Of a stretch of 64,000 nucleotides of DNA, positions 28,520 through 37,751 are shown one piece after another. This DNA is from Sulfolobaceae archaeon (GTDB lineage: Archaea > Thermoproteota > Thermoprotei_A > Sulfolobales > Sulfolobaceae), in NCBI GenBank assembly GCA_039793765.1, contig JBAMMP010000015.1, positions 2,300-66,299 of the forward strand, given 5' to 3'. The notes under the pieces were generated by a model. It ran no database searches, had not been told where the DNA came from, and was given only the letters and a program-made list of their open reading frames with translations. The first letter of the stretch is position 1, and each line of letters opens with the position of its first letter. A program made the position numbers and the translations under genes.

Positions 28520-29727
28520 CCAAATGCAGGGCCGTAATTAAGGACGCTAATACGGTCGAAACTGACGTGAACGTGGTGATAGATAAGGGAGTGATCAAGC
28601 GCGTGGACAAGCGGGAGAAGGAGGGCGACGAGATAGATTGTAGCGAGTATGTAGTCATCCCAGGACTAGTTAACGCCCACACCCACGCCGCAATGGTAGC
28701 GCTGAGGGGTCTCAGCGACGACAAGGAGCTAAGCGAATGGCTCCAAGACGTGTGGTCATTCGAGAAGAGCTCCCCTAGGGAACTGATGGGGCTTTCCACC
28801 CAGATTGCCGCCCTAGAGATGCTGGAGAGGGGGGTCACTGCTTTCGTCGATATGTACTTCAATCCCGAAGACGTTTTGGAAGCGACGGAGCTCTACGGGA
28901 TAAGGGCACAGGCCGGCTATACCTTCCTCGATTCGATGTTCGACCCGTCCGAGGTGGAGAAGAACCAGAGGCGCCTCAGGCATACCGAGCTCTTCACGCC
29001 TGTCGTTAACGTGCACAGCCCTTACGCCGTCCAGAAGGAGACGCTGAGGTCGGCGTTCGATTTAGCGAGAGAGCTGAACCAAAGGGTACAGATCCACGTC
29101 TCCGAGACGAAAAGGGAGGCCTTCGTCATAAAAAGGGCTTACGGGATGTTCCCCGTCGAATACCTCCTAAAGGAGGGCTTGCCGAAGGGCTCACAGCTCG
29201 TTCACCTGGGGTGGGTCACCAGTTGGGAGCTGGCACAGTTGAAGGACTACTTCGCGACTTACTGCCCCACTTCGTCAATGAAGTTAGCTACTGCTGGAGC
29301 CTTCCCGCTCCGCGAGGCTTTAGACCTGAGGGTGAGCGTCAGCTTGGGTACTGACGGACCGGCGAGCAATAACTCCCTCGACGTGTTCAGGGAGATGAAG
29401 AACGCCGTGCTCCAACAGAGGCACAATTACTGGGACGACCGCATAGGGGCGAGGGACGTCTTCAAGATGGCGACCGAAGAGGGCTACAAGCTCATTGGCG
29501 TTAAAGGGGGCAGGGTTGAAGAAGGGTATGCTGCGGACTTGGCCCTGCTAGACGCCGAGGAACTATATCCTTTCAGGAACGACAGGCTGTTGTCCCACAT
29601 AGTCTACTACGCTACTGGCGATGTGGTTAAGTCTGTTATTGTGAACGGCGAGCTCAAGTCTAAGGAATGGATTAGGTCACGCAAAATCCAGCTGGTTAGA
29701 GAACTCAATTCCAAGCTCACGAGCTGA
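28489..29727 (+). CDS. Amidohydrolase, 5'-methylthioadenosine/S-adenosylhomocysteine deaminase-like (MtaD family)
   Basis: 412 aa. Contains VIPGLVNAHTHAAM, HVSET, SLGTDG and other metal-ligand motifs. Confidence 0.85.
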   Translation: MGLRDKTYTLTKCRAVIKDANTVETDVNVVIDKGVIKRVDKREKEGDEIDCSEYVVIPGLVNAHTHAAMVALRGLSDDKELSEWLQDVWSFEKSSPRELMGLSTQIAALEMLERGVTAFVDMYFNPEDVLEATELYGIRAQAGYTFLDSMFDPSEVEKNQRRLRHTELFTPVVNVHSPYAVQKETLRSAFDLARELNQRVQIHVSETKREAFVIKRAYGMFPVEYLLKEGLPKGSQLVHLGWVTSWELAQLKDYFATYCPTSSMKLATAGAFPLREALDLRVSVSLGTDGPASNNSLDVFREMKNAVLQQRHNYWDDRIGARDVFKMATEEGYKLIGVKGGRVEEGYAADLALLDAEELYPFRNDRLLSHIVYYATGDVVKSVIVNGELKSKEWIRSRKIQLVRELNSKLTS

Positions 29728-30094
29728 ACTGCGTCATCACCAGGTCTTTTATGCTCTTGGTGCAGTCCTCGATTTCCCTAGTGAGCTTGGCCTTTAACTC
29801 CTCATAACTCATGGCGCTGTACAAATACCTAGGCCTTCCCGCCTTGTTTCCAGGTTCCTTAATCCTCTTGACTAAGTCCATTGACAGTAGCTTGTTGAGG
29901 CTCCTGTTTACTGAAGCTTTGCTCAGCTGGAGCTCCTGTTCTAAGTCCTCGGTCGACTTAGGACTGGACTTCAGAAGCGCCATGAGAACCTGGACATCCG
30001 TCTCGGAGAGGCTGTAACAGAAGCTGAGTATGTCCATCAGTGTGAGCTCCTTCCCTGATGGCAAAACGAACTTGCCCTGAGTTACTGTAGACAT
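29717..30094 (-). CDS. TrmB/MarR-like winged-helix transcriptional regulator
   Basis: 125 aa. Contains LSETDVQVLMALLKSSPKSTEDLEQELQLSKASVNRSLNKLLSMDLVKR. Confidence 0.7.
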   Translation of the reverse strand: MSTVTQGKFVLPSGKELTLMDILSFCYSLSETDVQVLMALLKSSPKSTEDLEQELQLSKASVNRSLNKLLSMDLVKRIKEPGNKAGRPRYLYSAMSYEELKAKLTREIEDCTKSIKDLVMTQFSS

Positions 30095-30311
30095 TTTTTC
30101 TCAGATAGGAAATTGTGTATTCGGCTATTTATCGTTTATCTAAATTGGTATTTGATTATTCTCCTAGGTATTACTCAATTTTAGGATGTTGAACGATTTT
30201 CCGAATGCCCTCCCATAAATGCTGGTTGTATTCACTGAATTTCAAAGATCTATTCGCAATATCATCATCAAGTTTAAATATTATTAAAGAGATAACACAA
30301 ATTTGAGAGTC

Positions 30312-30476
30312 ATGCCTATAGAGGAGATCGTCAAAGTCTCCAGGAACTTCCAAATCACAATTCCTGCTAAGATCAGGCAAAAATTCCCGATAAAGGAGGG
30401 CGAGTTGGTTGTGGTGATCTACGACGAAAACGAGAACGTGATCAAAATAAAGCCGTTAAACCAAGGCAGACTCTAA
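30312..30476 (+). CDS. AbrB/SpoVT (MazE/VapB-type) antitoxin-like DNA-binding protein, 54 aa
   Basis: My own translation is MPIEEIVKVSRNFQITIPAKIRQKFPIKEGELVVVIYDENENVIKIKPLNQGRL. It carries the looped-hinge-helix signature (Q.TIPA.IR..... EGD.v). It is below the ORF-track length cut-off. Confidence 0.7.
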   Translation: MPIEEIVKVSRNFQITIPAKIRQKFPIKEGELVVVIYDENENVIKIKPLNQGRL

Positions 30477-30508
30477 TAGCCAAGGATTGAAGGAAACGAA
30501 CGATAGAG

Positions 30509-31306
30509 TTGCTCTTCGATGGTCACGCCCACTTAGACTCAGAGCAGTTCAGAGGGAAGGTACGGGACGTAGCCAGCGAATGTAACGTTTTGATAGTGAA
30601 CGCGTCGGTCGACCTTAGAAGCTCGTTAGATACCTTGAGACTCGCATCTGAACTAGACAACGTCTTTCCGGCAATAGGTTTCCACCCCGAGTTCGTTGAG
30701 AAGAGCCAAGAAGTCCCACAAGTCCTCAGCCTCGTCGAGTACGCCGTAGAGGTGAGCGAGGTAGGGCTTGACTACTACTGGATTAAGGACGATGTACTAA
30801 AGAAGAAGGAGATTGAGATACTCTCTGCTTTTCTGGAAAGGGCTGAGCGCTTATCTTTACCCGTGGTAATTCACTCGCGCGGAGGAAACAAAGACCTACT
30901 GAATATACTCCCGTCTTACAGAATCACGTTCGCGATCCACGCTTTCGAGGGCTCACTGAAGCACGCGAACGCTTTCGTGGACCTTGGTGGGTTCATATCC
31001 TTCCCGCCGATCATAGTCAGGGATAAGTCGAGGGCTGAGATCGCTAGGAACATCGATTTGTCCCACATCTTGACCGAGACAGATTCGCCCTTCATGGGGG
31101 CGGAAAAAGGTGAGATAAACAGGCCTTGTAACGTAGTTAAAGCGGTTAGAAAGATAGCGGAGCTGAGAGGGCTTTCGGTTGAAGAAGTTGAGGCAAAAAT
31201 TGAACAGAACGCCTTAAGGTTATTCAAGGTCTCGAATTGGGATGAACTGAGGGAAAAGAAGATGGAAAAAATAAAGAAATTCCTTGAACTTAATTCGGCC
31301 CTTTAG
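30509..31306 (+). CDS. TatD-family metal-dependent hydrolase/DNase
   Basis: 265 aa. Contains MLFDGHAHLD, GLDYY, VVIHSR and TETDSPF. Confidence 0.9.
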   Translation: MLFDGHAHLDSEQFRGKVRDVASECNVLIVNASVDLRSSLDTLRLASELDNVFPAIGFHPEFVEKSQEVPQVLSLVEYAVEVSEVGLDYYWIKDDVLKKKEIEILSAFLERAERLSLPVVIHSRGGNKDLLNILPSYRITFAIHAFEGSLKHANAFVDLGGFISFPPIIVRDKSRAEIARNIDLSHILTETDSPFMGAEKGEINRPCNVVKAVRKIAELRGLSVEEVEAKIEQNALRLFKVSNWDELREKKMEKIKKFLELNSAL

Positions 31307-31500
31307 TGGTGTTCTTCAGTGGGCGACGGCGCGAAGTGTACGAAGAGGTAGTACAGAACGAAGCCTATTACTGCAACCACCGCGAACGGCAGTGTGTATG
31401 GAGTCGCCGCCCCGTGAGCGACTACGGAGAATATCTCCCACAATAGGCCTATCACCGCTAGAACGTAACCAATACCTAACATCTTGTAGAGATCCGCCAT
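31303..31500 (-). CDS. doxE: Small hydrophobic quinol-oxidase subunit (DoxE-like)
   Basis: 65 aa with two TM helices. It lies directly downstream of the DoxC-like gene, and size and position match the Acidianus doxBCE arrangement. Confidence 0.55.
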   Translation of the reverse strand: MADLYKMLGIGYVLAVIGLLWEIFSVVAHGAATPYTLPFAVVAVIGFVLYYLFVHFAPSPTEEHH

Positions 31501-31505
31501 CTACC

Positions 31506-32594
31506 TCACCCTTCCACGAGTATTGCTCCCCACAGGGACATTACCATCCCTTTGTCCTCGCCAGTGAGCATGCCTGACATGCCAGCGACGTTATACACGT
31601 TGAACACCGGGTAGACTATCCCGTATAAGTAAACTGGAGCTCCAGTAGCGCTGAACGTGAAGGTCATCGGAGTATTGTACTGTATCTGCTTGTACTCGAC
31701 CGGCACTATCGTCCCGTTGGGATATAGGGCATATATCCCCACATACACGTTGTCAACGATCTGTGGCTTTCCTGTGCTCGTGTAGTTCAGGAGGTAGTTG
31801 TGGTCGTTGTCAGGCGTCGGTATGTACATCGTCACCGTTACTTGAGAGCCGGCCTTCACTACCGCGGTTGGACCCGGCACGGAGGAGTTAAACGTGTCGT
31901 AGTTGTCGGCAACCAAGTAGAGATGAGGAGTCATCGTGCCAGTCAAATCAACTACCGGCGGGTTGTAGGGGTCGCCGTCCAGGGTGTAGCCACTTTGTAC
32001 GGACTGCATCATCTGCTCGTACTGGCTAATTTCGCTGGCCGTGTAGTAGTGTCCGTTTTGTGGTAGCACTATTATTTCACCTACATGGTACGAGTACCAA
32101 GGCCCTGTGTACTCGCCGCTAAGGAACGTATAGACGCCTGGCGGTATCGGGTTGTTGTTACTATCAACAGCACCCCACACTGCGTACTGAACCAAGCCAG
32201 GGACTATCTGAGTATTGACTACGTACTTGGCGTTGTAAGTCGGGATGTAGAGGTTCGCGGTGGCCTTCTCCGCGTACATGGTGGCGTTCAGCCAGCCGCC
32301 GTAAGGCACTACCATTAGGTTGTAGTAGTAGTCCAGTGTCTGTCCGTTGGGCAGTATCAACTTGGAGTTCACTGGACCGCTCTCGTGAACCATAAAGACG
32401 TACTGTATTGCTGTAATGTTAGTCAAGACCACACTGTTCGCAGGCGCTGGATCAGGCAAGTTGTTCAACACTGAAGAGTTTCCTCCTACCGTGAATACGT
32501 GAGGCAGAGTTCCGATAAACGCAGCAGCTAAAAGAACTATAGACACTATGGTCCAAGTAAGTTCCCATCTCTCCTTTCTATCCATACATCCCAC
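31506..32594 (-). CDS. doxC: Quinol-oxidase subunit II-like glycoprotein without CuA site (DoxC-like)
   Basis: 362 aa. An N-terminal TM is followed by a sequon-rich beta-type ectodomain. No CuA CxxxC...H motif is present. It sits between the subunit I gene and the small subunit gene. Confidence 0.6.
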   Translation of the reverse strand: MGCMDRKERWELTWTIVSIVLLAAAFIGTLPHVFTVGGNSSVLNNLPDPAPANSVVLTNITAIQYVFMVHESGPVNSKLILPNGQTLDYYYNLMVVPYGGWLNATMYAEKATANLYIPTYNAKYVVNTQIVPGLVQYAVWGAVDSNNNPIPPGVYTFLSGEYTGPWYSYHVGEIIVLPQNGHYYTASEISQYEQMMQSVQSGYTLDGDPYNPPVVDLTGTMTPHLYLVADNYDTFNSSVPGPTAVVKAGSQVTVTMYIPTPDNDHNYLLNYTSTGKPQIVDNVYVGIYALYPNGTIVPVEYKQIQYNTPMTFTFSATGAPVYLYGIVYPVFNVYNVAGMSGMLTGEDKGMVMSLWGAILVEG

Positions 32595-32633
32595 CCCGAG
32601 ACATTACATATTATTTATTTCATATTCCAAAAA

Positions 32634-34427
32634 TCATATGGCCTTTGTGGCCTTCAGGCCTGGAATAGCCACAAGGATTATCCCGAGTGTCAATATGGCT
32701 ATCCATAGCCATTCGACTGAACTACCGATCATGTAGTCAGTGGAATTACCTAGGAAGAGGAAAATTGCAGATATCGCTATCAAGATCGCTCCTAAGATCG
32801 CTATCCCTCCCATACCTGACATGGCCTTGCTTATCCTGGCGGTCTTTCCAAGGTTAACCGTGGTCGGGAAAGCTGCCTCCCAGCTCAGAGCGAGGCCGAT
32901 ATTACCGACTAATTGAGGCAGTCCAAGGCCCTGAGCTGTCATAACCCTGCCCTTCACTAAGGTCAGCACTACGTTCAGGAACCACACGAGGGTGGCAAGC
33001 TGGGCAATTACGGCTCCCACTGTCGCCAAGTTCTCAGCAGCGACCAGAGCCGGATACCTCGGGTAGATCTCGGCCCTCCTTACGATGCCGTCGAGACCTG
33101 CGGTCTCAATGCCGATGTCGAACAATATAGAGCCGAGTATGTAGCCGATGTAGTGTATCCATGCCATCTTCGCCGAGTACCACTGTCTACCAGACATCAT
33201 TGGTATCATTATGTACAGCACTGCCATAGCGGCCGGCACAATGCCTAAGAGAATCATCGCGTGGAAGTGTCCCACCACATAGTCGGTGTTGTGAACTATT
33301 GCGTCGTAGCTTATTGTCGCGTTAGATATACCGGTGACTCCAGCGAATATGGACCCCGCAAAAGCGGTAACGGTAAACAGCGTTATTATGTTGACGGGAG
33401 TGTTCTTCGCTCCTTTCGCAGTAGCCCACAGGTTGAGGAAGGTCATGAAAGTCGGCACAGTCACGGCATACGTTAGAGCCTCTTGTAGGAGCTTCAACGC
33501 AATAGGCAAGTTAACCATGTAGAGGTGGTGAATAGGAATGTTGTTGCTGAAAATCAAGTACAGCACTGCTGCAACTCTGCCCATCCTGTCGCTGTATAGA
33601 GGCTGTCCTGCCAGTAACGGTATCAGTAGATACAGGGCCGCGATTGCGGGCACCCAGGCCATGTACACGACGGCGTGGCCGAAGATCCAGAAGGCGATCT
33701 GGTTGGCTATCGGATTCAGGCCAGTAACACCGTAGAAGGCGAGAAGATCCCATATATCAGCAACAGTTACTCCGCTGTAGCCGATCATGAACATTAGGAT
33801 TATCATAAGGAAGAACACTAACGGCACGGGGAGCTTCTCTTTTAGGTTCCTAGCGGCTATGGCGTAGTGATAAACGATCCATATTCCGGCAGCGTATACG
33901 AAGAAGTCGTTGAGGATCCATCCTATGTAGAATAACGGGCTAACCACGTACCAGGAGTAGCCGTAAATCCCGATGGGGCTGAGGTAGTACCAGCTGGTCG
34001 AGGGGAAGTAATTGTCGAAACCAGGGCCGTTGATGAGGAGGATCGGGCCCTCCATGAACATCATACTGATGTTCAGCGAGATGAACGCTATGTTCAGTAG
34101 CCACTTAGCCCTAGGCTCTAGGCCCAGGAGCTTGATAGTGAAGTAGATGATGATCGCGTAGATCACCTGCTGAGCGAAGCCGAAGAGATCCCTCTCGGCG
34201 TGCAGGGTTATGGATGCATAGTACTCCTGGGGCGTCAGCGGGAGGACGCCGTACGTCCCCCACATCGTTTCCACTATCCTTACCATCAGCGAGTCGACTA
34301 CGCCCAATAGACCCCAGATTACGCCCATCACTAACATAGCCTGAACTATCCTAGTAGTCCAGTCCTTATCCAACTGGAATAGGGCTACAATTAAGTCCTT
34401 GAACCCCAATCTTAGTTCACCGGACAA
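32634..34427 (-). CDS. doxB: Heme-copper terminal quinol oxidase subunit I (DoxB-type)
   Basis: 597 aa polytopic protein. Contains [12 protein letters not shown] (the CuB His-Tyr region), IPIHHLYM (CuB His-His) and [11 protein letters not shown] (heme ligands). TTG start, with TATAAAAAA about 30 nt upstream on the minus strand. Confidence 0.88.
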   Translation of the reverse strand: MSGELRLGFKDLIVALFQLDKDWTTRIVQAMLVMGVIWGLLGVVDSLMVRIVETMWGTYGVLPLTPQEYYASITLHAERDLFGFAQQVIYAIIIYFTIKLLGLEPRAKWLLNIAFISLNISMMFMEGPILLINGPGFDNYFPSTSWYYLSPIGIYGYSWYVVSPLFYIGWILNDFFVYAAGIWIVYHYAIAARNLKEKLPVPLVFFLMIILMFMIGYSGVTVADIWDLLAFYGVTGLNPIANQIAFWIFGHAVVYMAWVPAIAALYLLIPLLAGQPLYSDRMGRVAAVLYLIFSNNIPIHHLYMVNLPIALKLLQEALTYAVTVPTFMTFLNLWATAKGAKNTPVNIITLFTVTAFAGSIFAGVTGISNATISYDAIVHNTDYVVGHFHAMILLGIVPAAMAVLYIMIPMMSGRQWYSAKMAWIHYIGYILGSILFDIGIETAGLDGIVRRAEIYPRYPALVAAENLATVGAVIAQLATLVWFLNVVLTLVKGRVMTAQGLGLPQLVGNIGLALSWEAAFPTTVNLGKTARISKAMSGMGGIAILGAILIAISAIFLFLGNSTDYMIGSSVEWLWIAILTLGIILVAIPGLKATKAI

Positions 34428-34588
34428 AGTCTAAGGGCCTTAGTTTTTAAGTGTTTTTTATACGAGTGCAACATATTCAGATATTTAACTGCGTTAACGA
34501 ATTATCTGCTAATTTGTCATTATATTTTGAAGTATTTAAAAGTTAAATAATTTTTACTATATGAAACAATTCCTTAACTGCGTGTCAC

Positions 34589-34598
34589 AAAATTTAAG
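34589..34598 (+). promoter_or_regulatory. TATA-like box (aaaatttaag) for the SRP RNA
   Basis: Centred about 27 nt upstream of the first G of the SRP RNA at 34621. Confidence 0.5.
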
Positions 34599-34620
34599 CT
34601 CACGAAGATTAGTGAATTCT

Positions 34621-34922
34621 GCCGGGTAGGGTGGGGGGAGTCGCCGTCCCCTGTACCCGCGGCGCAACGCGGGCACCAGTAACCCCTAGGCTCGGGCGAT
34701 TGGCCGTTCAGTTCCTGGGGCTCCAGTGAAGGCCGCCCGGCGGGGCTCGGCGGGCGTGGGCGCCCCCTCCGAAGGGAGGAGGCGTACCACGCCAATCGGG
34801 GGAAGCGGCCAGGCCCGGAAGGGAGCAACCGTGCCCGACCGCCGGCGTTCGCCGGTTCCGGCCGAAGGGGCCTCCAGGGCTCAAGGCTGGACGGCCATAG
34901 CCCGGGCTTAGGGGGGCCGGCC
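34621..34922 (+). ncRNA. Signal recognition particle RNA (archaeal 7S RNA, about 300 nt)
   Basis: A GC-rich block sits between AT-rich flanks. The 5' GCCGG pairs with the 3' CCGGC. GUCCCCUGUACCC is Alu-domain-like. The helix-8 core GGCCAGGCCCGGAAGGGAGCAACC matches the universally conserved SRP RNA motif. ORFs predicted here are Pro/Arg/Gly-rich artefacts. Confidence 0.88.
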
Positions 34923-34932
34923 TGCAAAACGC

Positions 34933-34939
34933 TTTATAG
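34933..34939 (+). promoter_or_regulatory. TATA-like box (tttatag) for tRNA-Ser
   Basis: Centred about 26 nt upstream of the tRNA 5' end at 34962. Confidence 0.5.
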
Positions 34940-34961
34940 CTACTTTAAGCAAAGTGAATTC

Positions 34962-35049
34962 GCCGGGGTCGCCTAGCCTGGTAGGGCGGCGGCCTGCTAA
35001 GCCGCTGGGGTTACTCCCCGCGCGGGTTCAAATCCCGCCCCCGGCGCCA
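34962..35049 (+). tRNA. tRNA-Ser (anticodon GCU), class II with long variable arm, CCA encoded
   Basis: Hand-folded. The acceptor stem pairs GCCGGGG with CCCCGGC. The anticodon stem pairs GCGGC with GCCGC, with loop CUGCUAA. The variable arm is UGGGGUUACUCCCCG. The T arm is GCGGG-UUCAAAU-CCCGC, followed by discriminator G and CCA. Confidence 0.93.
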
Positions 35050-35676
35050 CCTTTCGAGCAGGTCGCACAGGCTTTCGAGGACTTCCGCTCCCAGTTCCCT
35101 CACCTCGTCAAGGTCGACGGGAACTTCGCTTCTCACGTATATAATGTTCCTGAGACCAGCCGCTCTGTACGCTTTCAAATCTACAATAGTGTCACCAACC
35201 CCAGCGGTTTCCGATCTCGTGACGCCCATGCAACCGACCGCTCTAAGCACAGGCTCAGGGTCTGGCTTCCCTCTGGACACGTCGTCTCCCGTAATTAAAC
35301 AGTCCACAACTATGCCGGCCACTCGAAGAACCTTATCCGCCGAAAGCCTATTGGACGAAGTGACTATGGCCGTTTTAAGGCCGTTCAAGCGAAGGAACTC
35401 CAGGACGTCCCTCGCGCAGGGCAGGGGCTCAGCCTTCTCCTCCACAAGTCTCAAGAAAATCCTGTTCTTCACCTCCAGTAACTCGTTCCAACGGTCTTCA
35501 GCCAGTATCCTGGCTATGTCAGCTGACCTCCTCCCTAACAAGAGGGTCACGTCGACCTTGGCTTCCATACCCAATTCTTTCAGGGCGAGCTCCCACGCGT
35601 CCTTATGCAGGAAGGCCGTATTGACCAGAGTTCCGTCTAGGTCGAAAATAACTGCCTTCAGTTCACTGAGGTACAA
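35011..35676 (-). CDS. HAD-superfamily phosphatase / beta-phosphoglucomutase-like hydrolase
   Basis: 221 aa. Contains motif [15 protein letters not shown] and GDD. The last 39 nt run antisense through the tRNA-Ser 3' half. Confidence 0.85.
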   Translation of the reverse strand: MYLSELKAVIFDLDGTLVNTAFLHKDAWELALKELGMEAKVDVTLLLGRRSADIARILAEDRWNELLEVKNRIFLRLVEEKAEPLPCARDVLEFLRLNGLKTAIVTSSNRLSADKVLRVAGIVVDCLITGDDVSRGKPDPEPVLRAVGCMGVTRSETAGVGDTIVDLKAYRAAGLRNIIYVRSEVPVDLDEVRELGAEVLESLCDLLERWRRGRDLNPRGE

Positions 35677-36751
35677 TCAGGCTCCTGATCGCCTCGCCTT
35701 CTTCGAGCAATTTAACTGCTTCGTTTATCTCCTCGAGCTTGAACTTGCCCGTGACGAGCTTGGTCGGGTCGTACTTGCCGAGCCTGACCAGCTCCAACAG
35801 CCTGGGCATGTCGACCCTGGGCCTGCCGCCGTAATTCCCCTTAATCGTTATTCCGTTCCTGACTATCGCCGCGACCCTGAACGGGATCTGCGCAGAGACT
35901 GGAGGTAAGCCTACCAGAATGACCCTCCCGCCAATCCTGACCGAGTCTAGGGCCATTTGGATCGTCTCCTGAGTGCCAGCGGCTTCTATCACTACGTCTG
36001 GGCCTCCGCCGGTCATTTCCTTGAGTGCCTTGACAGGGTCGGTCTCCTTCGTATTTATCACGTCTGTAGCCCCTAGTTCCAAGGCCCTCTCCAGCTTCCA
36101 CTTCTTTGTTCCCAGGGCGATGATCCTGCCGGCCCCGCTGGCCTTAAGCAATTGAATTATGGAGAGCCCGACCCCGCCGACCCCGATGACCGCGACCGTT
36201 TCGCCAGGCTCTATTTTGGCCTCGTTGACTGCGCCGTAACCTGTTAACCCAGCACAACCCAACACGGCGACCTTCTCTAACGGGATGTCTCCTGGCACAA
36301 CAGTTAGGGCGTTCTCGTGAACTATTGCGTACTCCGCGAACCCTCCCCCTAGGAATGTCCTCACTGGAGTCCCGTCCCTCAGCCTCAGCCTGGTAGTACC
36401 GTCGAACATAGTCCCTTTCAGCCTGACAGAGGCGAAGGTCTCGCAGAGGTTCTCGTGGCCGCTGACGCAGTTCCTGCACTTCCCGCAGGGGTGGATGAAC
36501 GCTGAGATCACCCTGTCTCCGGGTTTTACCCTCGTGACTCCGGGGCCTACCTTTTCCACTACCCCAGAGATCTCGTGGCCCGCTACAACGGGTGGAGGGA
36601 CTGGAGTTGCGCCGACGAAGACGTTGACGTCTGAATGGCAAAGACCGGTCGCCGTGATCTTAATCAGGACTTCGTTCTCTTTAGGGTCTGAGATCTCAAC
36701 GTCCTCAATCCTTAAGGGCTCCTTGTAGTTGAAGAGTACCGCAGCCTTCAC
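35663..36751 (-). CDS. Zinc-dependent alcohol dehydrogenase (MDR family)
   Basis: 362 aa. Contains [19 protein letters not shown], a structural-Zn Cys cluster [15 protein letters not shown], and VIGVGGVG. Confidence 0.9.
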   Translation of the reverse strand: MKAAVLFNYKEPLRIEDVEISDPKENEVLIKITATGLCHSDVNVFVGATPVPPPVVAGHEISGVVEKVGPGVTRVKPGDRVISAFIHPCGKCRNCVSGHENLCETFASVRLKGTMFDGTTRLRLRDGTPVRTFLGGGFAEYAIVHENALTVVPGDIPLEKVAVLGCAGLTGYGAVNEAKIEPGETVAVIGVGGVGLSIIQLLKASGAGRIIALGTKKWKLERALELGATDVINTKETDPVKALKEMTGGGPDVVIEAAGTQETIQMALDSVRIGGRVILVGLPPVSAQIPFRVAAIVRNGITIKGNYGGRPRVDMPRLLELVRLGKYDPTKLVTGKFKLEEINEAVKLLEEGEAIRSLIVPQ

Positions 36752-36766
36752 GGGGTTTCAAGAGAT

Positions 36767-37744
36767 TCAGAGCTTAATTACTGTTAGCTGGAAGTAGTAG
36801 GCCATCAAGGCGAAGACCGCCTCGATTCCCCACAGTACCAGAACCACTTGGTATTCCTTGAACTTGCCCATTTTCATGACGACGTGAGTTAAGGAGTGGG
36901 GGAAGGAGTCCCAGTACAGCGTGCCGTCCTGGTTGACCTTCCCGAAAGACACGCCCCTGAACTTCGTCCTGGCCTTCAGGACGAACTCGAACACGTAGGG
37001 GATGTAGAGGAAGAAGAGGGCAGTCAGCATGTACCCGGAAATGCCCAAAGCCCCTATCGCCGCCCCTATGAAGTAAGTGCCGACGTTGCCTGGGAAGACC
37101 TTTGCTGGGTACTTGTTGAAGACCAGAAATGCCAAGAGAGAGAACGCTAAGACCAACGAAAGGGCCGCCGATACTGAGGATGCCCCTCCAGCTTTGAAGC
37201 CTATAATGGCCAGTGTTAGCGCCATGATTACGCCCATCCCAGCCCCAAGGCCGTTGAGGCCCTCGAGCATGTTGAACGCGTTAGCCGCTATAGTCAAGGC
37301 GGCCGGAAGTATTATGATGTAATACCATACGCCGAAGTTCACTGGCCCGACGAAAGGCACGTTAATTGTAGTGTGGCCCACGCTGAACAGCGCTAAGGGA
37401 ACGGCAGCGAAGACCGGAGTGAAAGCCCTTATCGACTGCCTCACGTCGAATACGTCGTCCAGCATGCCGAGGAACGCGATTATAAGGGATGAGAGCAGGA
37501 CGGCCTCTATTACATCTGCCCCGTCCTCCCTAACTCCCACCATGAGAGCGAAGCCTCCGGAGACGAAGCCAGCTATGGGGCCTATGCCGCCGAAAAGCGG
37601 GACTTTGCGCTTGTCTGGCTTGTTAACGTCTACCCCAACTAGGCCCTTCTTCAGGGCCTGCCTGATCGTCCAGTGCGTAGTGACGTACGAAACGGCGAAC
37701 GCTATAGTTATGGCGACGAGTAAATTCAGGACGTGGGAAGTCAT
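36767..37744 (-). CDS. aglH: UDP-GlcNAc:dolichyl-phosphate GlcNAc-1-phosphate transferase (GT4, MraY/WecA-like; AglH-type)
   Basis: 325 aa polytopic protein. Contains LGMLDDVFDV and NAFNMLEGLNGLGAG motifs. Its position next to the GGPP synthase gene matches that of aglH in Sulfolobus. Confidence 0.82.
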   Translation of the reverse strand: MTSHVLNLLVAITIAFAVSYVTTHWTIRQALKKGLVGVDVNKPDKRKVPLFGGIGPIAGFVSGGFALMVGVREDGADVIEAVLLSSLIIAFLGMLDDVFDVRQSIRAFTPVFAAVPLALFSVGHTTINVPFVGPVNFGVWYYIIILPAALTIAANAFNMLEGLNGLGAGMGVIMALTLAIIGFKAGGASSVSAALSLVLAFSLLAFLVFNKYPAKVFPGNVGTYFIGAAIGALGISGYMLTALFFLYIPYVFEFVLKARTKFRGVSFGKVNQDGTLYWDSFPHSLTHVVMKMGKFKEYQVVLVLWGIEAVFALMAYYFQLTVIKL

Positions 37745-37751
37745 ACAGAGG

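Noticed and set aside
30171-30380. 69-aa minus-strand ORF in the AT-rich spacer.
   Set aside because: It would start inside the well-supported AbrB-type gene on the other strand and runs through promoter-like AT-rich DNA. No motif is present. It could at most be a decayed remnant.
34574-35298. Pro/Arg/Gly-rich ORFs 34574..34927 (-), 34726..34911 (+) and 34954..35298 (+).
   Set aside because: They coincide with the SRP RNA and tRNA-Ser genes. The GC-rich structured RNA explains the open frames.
35144-35908. 254-aa plus-strand ORF, together with the Arg-rich alternative-frame ORFs 35841..36101 and 36144..36641.
   Set aside because: They are antisense to, or out of frame with, the HAD phosphatase and Zn-ADH genes, both of which carry clear catalytic motifs.
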